From positions 3,046 through 67,045 of the forward strand of contig JAAELW010000238.1 in assembly GCA_024226235.1 (NCBI GenBank): a stretch of DNA of 64,000 nt, written 5' to 3'. The first letter of the stretch is position 1, and the number at the start of each line of letters is the position of its first letter. The notes under the pieces were generated by a model. That model did not search any database and was not told the origin of the DNA. It worked only from the letters and a program-made list of their open reading frames with translations. The translations under genes and the position numbers were made by a program. Source of the DNA: a bacterium (lineage in GTDB: Bacteria > Myxococcota_A > UBA9160 > UBA6930). This document shows, piece after piece, positions 43,292 through 51,714 of the stretch.

Positions 43292-46155
43292 TCTCCGTCA
43301 GTCGATCGCTCGACCATGTCCATCAGATGGGCGAGCCCGGAACCGACGTCATCGCCGAGGTCGATCCGAAGCACTCGTCTTCCCCGTTCTGCCAGGACTT
43401 CGTGGTCTCCCGCGGCCTGGGCACGTGCCAGCACGCCGAAGGTTGCACGCTGGCCCGGGACCGCGATGTCTTCACCGGGATCGGCCGTGATGTGGAGGAA
43501 CACTCCGCTGTCGGGTCCACCCTTGTGGAGCTGGCCTGTCGAGTGGAGGAAACGAGGCCCGTAGCCGAGCGTCGTCGCCGCGTTCTTCCAATTGCGCAGG
43601 GTGTGACGCAGATGCTGCAACGCGTGATCGTGGTCGTCGCAGCGCTCGACGTAGGCGTTCACCGCGACATAGTCGTTCTCGCCGATCCGGTCGATATGTG
43701 CACGGAGCAGTGCGACAGCGTCGTCGGATCCTGCGCTCGTGCGAAGTGCTTCCGCGTTCTTCGCATCTGCGTACAGCCTTACGGGCCCATCTTGAGCCAA
43801 CGGTTCCTCTTCGCCAAGTGTGCCGCTCTCCTCGAATGCGGCGATGCGGGAACGGGCCGCGTTCTTCGCGGCCTCTACATCGGGCTGATCGAAGGGATTG
43901 ATTCCGAGAATCGCCCCAGCCACCGCGGTGGCGAACTCCCAGCGGAAGAATGCCTGACCGATGTCCATCGGATCGGCGATGGACAATCGCACGACCGGAT
44001 GGCCGGCTGCGGCCAGAGCCGCCACCCCGGCATCCTGCTCGGGTGAGGCATCGCCTTCGAGACGTGCATACACGAACAGCCGGTCATCGCCGTAGCGATC
44101 CGGTGTCGTGAGACGTTCGCCATCGATCGGTACGATTCCGAGCCCGAGCTTGCCGGTCGATTCCGCAACCAGCTGCTCGACCCAGGCTCCAAGCCCCGAA
44201 ATCGCTGGAGTCGTGATCAGGGTGAGCTTGTTTCGACCTTGCTTGGCGAGGGTCCCGAGCGTCGCGCCGAGGACCAGTCCCGGATTCGATTCAGGCGGCA
44301 CGCATGATTCGCACGCCAGGACCATCTGCTCCGCGCGATCCATGAGGTCCCGGACATCGAGCCCCATCATCGCGGCGGGGACGGTTCCGAACGCGGAGAG
44401 CGCCGAGTAGCGCCCGCCGATGCTCGGCTCTCCACGGAAAATGTGGCGGAAGCCAGCCTGCTTTGCGGTTTCGCGCAATGAGGTTCCGGGGTCGGTGACC
44501 GCGACAAAGCGACTTCCGATCTGTTCCGATCCGATCACTTCGCCCACGCGCTCCATGAAGTACGCTCGAAGCGTGGCGGTTTCGCTGGTTCCGCCGGATT
44601 TCGACGAAACCAGGAAGAGAGTTCGCGCCAGATCGATGCGTGCTTCGACGCTCCGAATCTGGTCCGGAAGGATCGAATCCAGCACGATCAGCTCCGGCGC
44701 ATCAGCCTGGGGGCCGAAAGTGTGCCAGAGCACTTCGGGACAAAGGCTCGAGCCACCCATTCCGAGCAATACCACGTGCTTGATCTCGTCTTGTCGAACT
44801 TTCGAGGCTATGCGCTGGAGCTCATCGGCTTCGTCGCGCTGGCTCCCCACCACATGTAGCCAGCCGAGCCAATCCGCCTCGTCCGCACCCGTCCAGAGAG
44901 CGGCATCTCCTGCCCAGAGCGCCCGATGCTTTCCGCTTTGACGCCACTCGGCAAGTGTTTCCGTTACCGCGGCTTCCGCCTCTCCGAGTTCGCTCTCCTG
45001 GTGAGCGAGTGCGGTCCCCAACAAAGTCTGCCGCTTGCACTCGACGGCGCCGAGAAGCTTGTCGAATGCCTCTGAGAAACTCTCGGCACCCGCATCGAGG
45101 AGCTCGGCCCCCACGGCTTCCAAGGAGATCCCGAGCTGGTCGAGGGCTTCGGCTTCGGACTGCGCCTCGGCCTCGAGCGCTTCGAAATCACCCGGAAGCG
45201 TCGTACTGGCAGTTCCGTCCTCTCGGAAGAGCCGGTAGGTCTCCGTGGGAACGGTGTTCACCGTATCCTTCCCGATCAACTCATCGACGTAGCGGGTCTT
45301 CGAAAACGCCGGGTCCTTCACGCCGGTGCTTGCCCAGAGGAGCCGCTGGTTGCGGGCTCCATCTGCTTCGAGCGCTGACCAGCGCTCACTCTTCATCACG
45401 TGCAGAAAGCTCCCATAGCAGAGGCGAGCGTTTGCAATGGCAGCGTTGCCGAGCCGATCCTTGTACAGCTTGCGTTTCGCGGCGTCCTGCGTGGCGTCGA
45501 GACCGCGCTTCAATTCGGCATCCACGAGGGAATCGACACGACTGATGAAGACACTCGCGACGCTTTCGACGTGCAGGTCTTCGCCCCGCGCTTGCCGGTC
45601 CTCGAGGCCAGACATGTAGACATCCGCAACGCGTTCGTAGGTCGCCTTCGAAAAGATCAGGGTCACGTTGACCGGGATTCCATCTGCGATCAGAGTCCGG
45701 ATCGCCGGCAGCCCGGCGTCGGTCGCAGGAACCTTGATCATCACGTTGTCGCGACCGATCGCGTCGTGAAGGCGGCGCCCCTCTTCGACCGTGCCTTCGG
45801 TATCGTGCGCAAGGTAGGGTGAGACCTCGAGGCTGATGTATCCGTCGCGGCGGGTCGTCCGCTCCCAGATCGGGCGCAGAACGTCTGCAGTGAGCTGGAT
45901 GTCCTCGATCGCGAGGCGCTCATAGAGATCCTTGGCATCGCCCACGCCTTGTCGGACCAGGGCCTGCAACGCCGGGTCGTAGTCCGTACTCCCCGCGACT
46001 GCCTTCTCGAAGATTGCGGGGTTCGACGTCACACCGAGGACTCCGCCCTCCGCGACGAGCTCTTGCAGCTCACCGGACAGGATGAGACCCCGCCGGATGT
46101 TGTCGAACCAGATGCTCTGACCGAGAGCTTGTACCTGTACCACGGGGTTGGGCAT
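43288..46155 (-). CDS. Bifunctional transaldolase / glucose-6-phosphate isomerase fusion
   Basis: N-terminal transaldolase: SIWFDNIRR...GVTSNPAIFEKA...MIKVPAT. C-terminal PGI: VLLGMGGSSL...VSSKSGGTSET. AGGAGGC RBS lies before ATG 46155. Confidence 0.92.
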   Translation of the reverse strand: MPNPVVQVQALGQSIWFDNIRRGLILSGELQELVAEGGVLGVTSNPAIFEKAVAGSTDYDPALQALVRQGVGDAKDLYERLAIEDIQLTADVLRPIWERTTRRDGYISLEVSPYLAHDTEGTVEEGRRLHDAIGRDNVMIKVPATDAGLPAIRTLIADGIPVNVTLIFSKATYERVADVYMSGLEDRQARGEDLHVESVASVFISRVDSLVDAELKRGLDATQDAAKRKLYKDRLGNAAIANARLCYGSFLHVMKSERWSALEADGARNQRLLWASTGVKDPAFSKTRYVDELIGKDTVNTVPTETYRLFREDGTASTTLPGDFEALEAEAQSEAEALDQLGISLEAVGAELLDAGAESFSEAFDKLLGAVECKRQTLLGTALAHQESELGEAEAAVTETLAEWRQSGKHRALWAGDAALWTGADEADWLGWLHVVGSQRDEADELQRIASKVRQDEIKHVVLLGMGGSSLCPEVLWHTFGPQADAPELIVLDSILPDQIRSVEARIDLARTLFLVSSKSGGTSETATLRAYFMERVGEVIGSEQIGSRFVAVTDPGTSLRETAKQAGFRHIFRGEPSIGGRYSALSAFGTVPAAMMGLDVRDLMDRAEQMVLACESCVPPESNPGLVLGATLGTLAKQGRNKLTLITTPAISGLGAWVEQLVAESTGKLGLGIVPIDGERLTTPDRYGDDRLFVYARLEGDASPEQDAGVAALAAAGHPVVRLSIADPMDIGQAFFRWEFATAVAGAILGINPFDQPDVEAAKNAARSRIAAFEESGTLGEEEPLAQDGPVRLYADAKNAEALRTSAGSDDAVALLRAHIDRIGENDYVAVNAYVERCDDHDHALQHLRHTLRNWKNAATTLGYGPRFLHSTGQLHKGGPDSGVFLHITADPGEDIAVPGQRATFGVLARAQAAGDHEVLAERGRRVLRIDLGDDVGSGLAHLMDMVERSTDGE

Positions 46156-46481
46156 GAATAGCCTCCTGTTTCCGGGATACCTGGCTTGCGCAGGCACCAC
46201 ACCAGGGAACTAACGGCGTTTCGCTTTGGGAGCCTGAGACTCCAACCGGGCGGGTTTCAAATCGCACGAATCAACGCTGGCTTCCCTCAGGCTTTGGCGT
46301 TTCAAAATGGAATCCGCCCATCGGTGGAACACCTGTGTCATCCATCCTTCGGCGGATCCGATCACCCGCCAGGGGATTCATCAAGGCTTCTCTGTATGGC
46401 GGGAGCGAGTCGCAAACCCTGAAATCACCCCCGCTACCGACTTGCCCTTGCGTCCGACCGGTCGGTCGGGTTACGGTCCAC

Positions 46482-47195
46482 ATGAAACCAACCGGACCCG
46501 AGGTTCCCCTGACACAACCCGCCTCGAATCAGATCCAGCGTGGAGCCGATACCCACGCCGGAGAGAGTCGCGAGACGATTCTCGACACCGCGGAGGCGTT
46601 GTTCGCTCGGCACGGCTACGAGGGTGTGGGATTGCGCGAGATCGCTCGCCTTGCCCAGCTCTCGAAGTCCGCGCTTTTCCATCACTTTCCCACCAAGATG
46701 GACCTGTATCTGGCCGTCCTGGCGCGGATCTTTGGTGATCTCGAGGGGTGTCTGTCGGAGGCTTCCAGCAGCGAGGGGAGCGCTCTCGCGCGTCTTCTGG
46801 CCTGGGTGGATGCAATGCTCGACGCGCTCGCCGAGCGCGACACCCGTGCGCCGCTCTTGATGCGGACACTCTTCGAGGGTGAAGTGCTCGAGCACGACTC
46901 CGACACGCCCGAGGTCAATGGCCCGCTGAAGAGGATTCTCGAAGCTGTTTCATCACTGTTGCACGAAGGCATCGAGGCTGGAGATCTCCGCCCGATCCCG
47001 GTGCCGCATGCCACGCAGAGCCTGATCGGCGTACTGCTCTTCCATTTCGCTTCGGGTGGCTTCGGGGACGAGATCCTCGGTCGACCCGTATTCTCAGCGA
47101 CGGAGATCCGTCGCCACAAGGAGTTCGTTCTCTCATTCATAGAGACCGGCCTGTCCGCCAGACCGAACCACCCACAAGGAGCCCTGGGATCATGA
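46482..47195 (+). CDS. TetR/AcrR family transcriptional regulator
   Basis: ILDTAEALFARHGYEGVGLREIARLAQLSKSALFHHFPTKMDLY. Its stop overlaps the next start (ATGA). Confidence 0.9.
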   Translation: MKPTGPEVPLTQPASNQIQRGADTHAGESRETILDTAEALFARHGYEGVGLREIARLAQLSKSALFHHFPTKMDLYLAVLARIFGDLEGCLSEASSSEGSALARLLAWVDAMLDALAERDTRAPLLMRTLFEGEVLEHDSDTPEVNGPLKRILEAVSSLLHEGIEAGDLRPIPVPHATQSLIGVLLFHFASGGFGDEILGRPVFSATEIRRHKEFVLSFIETGLSARPNHPQGALGS

Positions 47196-48250
47196 GTATG
47201 AAGTTTCTAGCCGAGAACCGGCGCAAGATCGGTGATTTCGAAGTTCTGGACATCGTCGACCAGGAGCAGATCGACGGATTGCGCAACAAGCTGACCGTCG
47301 AGGCCCCCACGACCGTTCGCTGGAACGACTGGGACTACGGCAGCAATGTGACCGAACTGCGTGCTCTCTACGAAAAGGGCAAGCTGAACCAATGGAACTC
47401 GACGACGGACCTCGACTGGGACATCCCGGTCTCGAAGGACGAGTGGTTCGGCAAGATGGAGATGTCGCTTCTCGCCAACCTCCTCAAGCTGATGGGCAAG
47501 GACGAGAAGGAGCAGAAGGTCGCGATGCTCGACGAGATCGCCTTCACCTGCTCGCAGCTCCTTCACGGTGAGCAAGCGGCCCTGCAGCTCTGTGGCCAGT
47601 TGACATCGCTTTGTCCGACGACCGACGAGAAGCTCTACGCTGCAAACCAGGTCGCCGACGAGGCGCGGCATGTCGAGGCGTTTGCCCGCTTCGCCAGCGA
47701 CAAATGCGGCGAGATCTTCCCGGTCACACCGACGCTCAAGTTCCTGCTCGATGAACTGCTCACCGTCGAAGGCCACAAGATGAAGACCCTCGGGATGCAG
47801 ACGCTCTTCGAAGGCATGGCGGTGGGCATCATGGATATGCTCCGTTCGAATTCGAAGAACGCGCTCTTCACGGAGTTGATCCGGAAGGCAGAGCAGGACG
47901 AATCGCGCCACGCAGCCTTCGGTGTTCTGTCCATGCGCCGGGTCGTCGCCGAAGCGACCGAGGAAGAGATGCACGAAATGGAGGATTGGGCGTTCGCGGT
48001 GCTCGAGGCGCTGAACGCGAACCAACAGCTCGACATGCTGCGCGTTCTCGGGCCCCGCTACGATATCGACCCCGACACCATCGCACAGACGATACTCGCC
48101 ATGCCCCAGTGGGCCGAGTTGAATAGTACGATCTACATGCACACCGTGGTTCCGAACCTGCAGCGGCTCGGCCTCATCACCGAGCGCACCGAGCAGAAGT
48201 GGCGAGACCGCGGCATGCTCAGCGACAACCGCGGCGGACAAGCGTCGTAG
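47192..48250 (+). CDS. Ferritin-like diiron-carboxylate protein (oxygenase-like, AurF/R2-like fold)
   Basis: Two half-sites: LLHGEQAAL...VADEARHVEAF and LFEGMAV...EQDESRHAAF (E...(D)ExRH twice). Confidence 0.65.
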   Translation: MSMKFLAENRRKIGDFEVLDIVDQEQIDGLRNKLTVEAPTTVRWNDWDYGSNVTELRALYEKGKLNQWNSTTDLDWDIPVSKDEWFGKMEMSLLANLLKLMGKDEKEQKVAMLDEIAFTCSQLLHGEQAALQLCGQLTSLCPTTDEKLYAANQVADEARHVEAFARFASDKCGEIFPVTPTLKFLLDELLTVEGHKMKTLGMQTLFEGMAVGIMDMLRSNSKNALFTELIRKAEQDESRHAAFGVLSMRRVVAEATEEEMHEMEDWAFAVLEALNANQQLDMLRVLGPRYDIDPDTIAQTILAMPQWAELNSTIYMHTVVPNLQRLGLITERTEQKWRDRGMLSDNRGGQAS

Positions 48251-48289
48251 CTCCCCGCGCCAGCTGATCCAGGCCAGACCCACCTGATC

Positions 48290-48318
48290 GCTGCGGCCGG
48301 CTTCGTGTCGGCCGCAGC
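48290..48318 (+). terminator. Strong GC hairpin (terminator/attenuator-like) between the diiron gene and the Mo-oxidoreductase gene
   Basis: gctgcggccg-gcttcgtgt-cggccgcagc forms a perfect 10-bp stem. No clear U-tract follows. Confidence 0.4.
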
Positions 48319-48387
48319 GACTGGGGCTGTTCGCCGTGTCCGTAGTATAGTCGCAGGGCCGCCTTCATCCCGAAGAGAGGAGCCCCG

Positions 48388-50583
48388 ATGAACTCCAGGA
48401 CCGCCGGCGATTGGCATTCGACCTCCTGCGTCCTTTGCTCGCTCAACTGTGGCCTGTCGGTCCAGGTGAGTGACAACCGGATCATGAAGGTGAAGGGCGA
48501 CAAGTCGAACCCATTCAGTCGGGGCTACACCTGCAGCAAGGGGCTGACTGTCGGAAAGTACGCTCATCACGAGCAGCGCGTGCGCGAGCCGATGAAACGC
48601 ATGCCGGATGGGACTCACCAGGAAATCACCTGGGAGCAGGCCACGACCGAGATCGCCGAGAAACTGAATCAGATCATTGCCCGATCCGGCGGCCATTCGG
48701 TGGGGTTGGTGGGCGGCGGTGGGCAGGCCAACCACATGGACTTCGTCTATGCAGCGGGCCTGCTCCAGATGATCGGCTCGCATTGGCACTTCAATGCACT
48801 CGCCCAGGAGTTCACCCAGAAGTATTGGATCAACGGCCACGTCTTCGGGAGCGAGGCGATCGACTTCGAGGCCAACGCCCACGAGTCCGAGCTGCTGCTG
48901 GTGATGGGCTCGAACCCTTGGTTGAGCCATGGCATCCAACGCGCGCGCGTCGTGTTGAAGGAGATCGCCAAGGATCCCTCGCGCTCACTGGTGGTCGTCG
49001 ATCCGCGCCGCACCGAGACCGCGAAGATGGCAGATACGCATCTTCGGATCCGGCCCGGTACGGATCTCTTCCTGCTGCTGGCGATGCTGAACGTGATCGT
49101 TCACGAAGGGCTGGTGGACGAGGCCTTCGTCGCAGAACACGCCCACGGTTGGGACGACGCGCGGTTCATCGCCGACCTCGTGACGCCCGCCCGGGCGGCA
49201 GAGCTCTGCGATCTGGACGAGCAGGGGATCATCGCGCTCGCCCGCCGCTTTGCCAACGCGAAGAGCGCCAGCATCAAGTTCGACCTCGGCATCTACCACA
49301 ACCGATACATGGTCGAGAACTGCTTCCTGCTGCCCCTGCTCCAGATCGTGACCGGGAACATGTGTACACCTGAGGGCGCCCACTTCGCCGCAACCATGTT
49401 CAGTGGCGCCAGCCTGTTTTCAGGGGATCGCGAGAAGCCGCGAACACGGGTGGCAGGCATCCCGATGGTCCGAGGCCTCTTTCCCCCCAACGCACTGCCC
49501 GAGGAGATCCTCGAGGCCGGCGAGGGGCAGATCCGTGCGCTCTTCGTGGAAGGTTGCAACCCGTTGCGCTCCTATGCCGACACCCGGGCCATGACCCGCG
49601 CGTTCGAAGACCTGGAGCTATTGGTGGTGATCGATCCCGCGATGACCGAGGCTGCGATGCTGGCGCACTACGTGCTGCCCGCTCCGGTTGGCTATGAGAA
49701 ATGGGAGGCCTCGGTGTTTCCGAAGGGGCACCCCGAAATCTACATGCACCTGCGCGCCCCGGTTCTGCAAGGCCCACCCGAGGCGAAGCAGGAGTGCTCG
49801 ATCTTCTACGAGATCGCCAAGGCGATGGGGCTCGACCTCTCTTCCCATCCATTGTTCGCGATGCTGGAGCAAGCGATCGAGGCCGGTGAGACAGCCCCAG
49901 TGCTCTCCTTCATGAAGCTGGTGTGCGGGGTCTTTGCGGCCCAGAATCACGACCGCCTGATCGAGGCCGGGACGCTGAGCGCAGGGGACGACCCTGCACA
50001 GGCGCTCTTCGAGAAGCTGCTCGAGAACCCGCAAGGTCTGCTGCTATGTCGTTCGGATCCGAAGGACAATTGGAGCCAGGTCCGAACCCCGGACCAGATG
50101 GCGGTGCTTGGTGTTCCCGAGGTGCTGGCATTGTTCCGGGAGCTGGAGATTCCCGATGACACCGACTTCCGAAAGAACACGGAGTTCCCGTTCATGCTGC
50201 AGACCGGAGAGCGCACGGACTCGAACGCGAACACCATCCACCGGGATCCCAGCTGGCGGAAGGCCCTCAAGACCAGCTATCTGCGAATGAACGGAACGGA
50301 TGCCGAGGGCCTGCTCATCGAGGACGGGGAGCGCGTCAGGGTTGTCACGGAGGCCGGGGAGGCGACGGTACCCGCCATGCTGACCGACGACATCTATCCC
50401 GGGAACCTCAGCATGCCTCACGGCTACGGCCTGCTGGCCCGCGACCCCGAGACGGGCAAGATGGAGCCCGTCGGAGTGAACGTCCAGGAGTTGATTCGCG
50501 CCAGCCACCGGGACCCACTCAGCGGGATTCCCTACCACAAAGCCATTCCCGCAAGGGTGGAGAAGGTCGAGGCCAGCCACTAG
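48388..50583 (+). CDS. Molybdopterin-dependent oxidoreductase (MopB superfamily, cytoplasmic, Fdh/Nas/BisC-like)
   Basis: N-terminal 4Fe-4S motif SCVLCSLNCGLSV...KGDKSNPFSRGYTCSKG. C-terminal molybdopterin dinucleotide-binding domain VRVVTEAGEATVPAMLTDDIYPGNLSMPHGYG. No Tat signal. Confidence 0.85.
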   Translation: MNSRTAGDWHSTSCVLCSLNCGLSVQVSDNRIMKVKGDKSNPFSRGYTCSKGLTVGKYAHHEQRVREPMKRMPDGTHQEITWEQATTEIAEKLNQIIARSGGHSVGLVGGGGQANHMDFVYAAGLLQMIGSHWHFNALAQEFTQKYWINGHVFGSEAIDFEANAHESELLLVMGSNPWLSHGIQRARVVLKEIAKDPSRSLVVVDPRRTETAKMADTHLRIRPGTDLFLLLAMLNVIVHEGLVDEAFVAEHAHGWDDARFIADLVTPARAAELCDLDEQGIIALARRFANAKSASIKFDLGIYHNRYMVENCFLLPLLQIVTGNMCTPEGAHFAATMFSGASLFSGDREKPRTRVAGIPMVRGLFPPNALPEEILEAGEGQIRALFVEGCNPLRSYADTRAMTRAFEDLELLVVIDPAMTEAAMLAHYVLPAPVGYEKWEASVFPKGHPEIYMHLRAPVLQGPPEAKQECSIFYEIAKAMGLDLSSHPLFAMLEQAIEAGETAPVLSFMKLVCGVFAAQNHDRLIEAGTLSAGDDPAQALFEKLLENPQGLLLCRSDPKDNWSQVRTPDQMAVLGVPEVLALFRELEIPDDTDFRKNTEFPFMLQTGERTDSNANTIHRDPSWRKALKTSYLRMNGTDAEGLLIEDGERVRVVTEAGEATVPAMLTDDIYPGNLSMPHGYGLLARDPETGKMEPVGVNVQELIRASHRDPLSGIPYHKAIPARVEKVEASH

Positions 50584-50766
50584 CCCTCGAACAAGCGAGC
50601 ATCGAGTTCAGGCTGTCGCAGTGCGATGGCGCAGAGGCGATCGATCCGTCCGAACAACCTGAACCCGGGTGAACGATCCAGCCCGAACCGTGGAAGAGCC
50701 CAAACCACCGGGGCCTTTCCCGGAGATCGACGCCATCGACGCTCCGGACTGCCTGTCGTCGCGCCG

Positions 50767-51639
50767 ATGAGTGTGGAAAAGAGCCCGGAGCCCCCCATCT
50801 CCCTCACCCTCCGCGACAGCAGCCTGTCGCTGGGCATCCAGCGTCAGCTCGCCCTGCATACGCGCGCCGCCCAGCGCTCGATGCAACGGCTCTCCTCGGG
50901 CCGGCGCATCACCCGCGCCGCGGACGACCCGGCCGGGCTTGCGATCGGGCTGCGGCTGGCAGCCCGTGTGCGCAGCACGGTCCGCGCGCAGCGCAATGCG
51001 CTCGACGGAGTCTCGCTGCTGCAGGTTGGCGAAGGCGCGTTGAACGAGGTGAGCGACATGCTTGTGCGCATCCGCGAGTTGGCCATCCAGGCCGCCAGCG
51101 GAACGCTCAGCGACCGCGAACGCTCGCTGCTGCAGCAGGAGGCCGACGGCCTGATCCAGGAGATCGACCGCATTGCGAACGTCACCGAGTTCAACGGTGC
51201 CTCCCTGCTGGATGGCTCCAACGGAGGGATCGTGCTCCAGGTCGGCGCCTCCGTAGGGGACGTGCTGAGCCTCTCGCCGGTCGACGCGCGCAGCTCCCAG
51301 TTGGGCGGCGGGGCGCTGGCCGCACTCGACTTGTCCAGTCAGACGGGAGCGCAGAACGCCCTGGCGGTGGCGGATCTGGCGATCGGGGAGGTGACCCGGC
51401 ACCGCGCCAGCTTCGGTACCCAGCAGGTGCGGCTCGAGCATCGCATCCGCAGCCTGGGTGTGCAGGCGGAGAACGAGTCGGCGGCTCGGTCGCGCATCTT
51501 CGATGTGGACTTCGCACTAGAGACGGCGGAGCTCACCCGATCCCAGATCCTCCAGCAGGTCGGCATTTCACTCCTGGCGCAGGCCAACATCCAGCAACAG
51601 GCGGCGCTGCAACTCCTCCAGGCCACGTTGGGCCGGTAG
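50767..51639 (+). CDS. fliC: Flagellin (short form, conserved N and C helical domains only)
   Basis: N-domain: MQRLSSGRRITRAADDPAGLAIGLRL...NALDGVSLLQVGEGALNEV...IRELAIQAASGT...EIDRIANVTEFNG. C-domain: RASFGTQQVRLEHRI...SRIFDVDFALETAELTRSQILQQVGISLLAQAN. Confidence 0.88.
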   Translation: MSVEKSPEPPISLTLRDSSLSLGIQRQLALHTRAAQRSMQRLSSGRRITRAADDPAGLAIGLRLAARVRSTVRAQRNALDGVSLLQVGEGALNEVSDMLVRIRELAIQAASGTLSDRERSLLQQEADGLIQEIDRIANVTEFNGASLLDGSNGGIVLQVGASVGDVLSLSPVDARSSQLGGGALAALDLSSQTGAQNALAVADLAIGEVTRHRASFGTQQVRLEHRIRSLGVQAENESAARSRIFDVDFALETAELTRSQILQQVGISLLAQANIQQQAALQLLQATLGR

Positions 51640-51714
51640 GCCCTCGTCCCACGCCTCCGGCGATACGTAACTGAACATCGTGGGCTGGTTTCGCAGTGAG
51701 GCCAAGCACGGGGC

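Noticed and set aside
48251-48387. A Moco/Tuco riboswitch upstream of the molybdopterin oxidoreductase gene. I also checked upstream of the type II DMSOR operon and in the MoaD-AOR spacer.
   Set aside because: I could not recognise the conserved Moco-motif core. The region is dominated by a single perfect 10-bp hairpin, which is better explained as a terminator or attenuator. A covariance-model scan would be needed to be certain.
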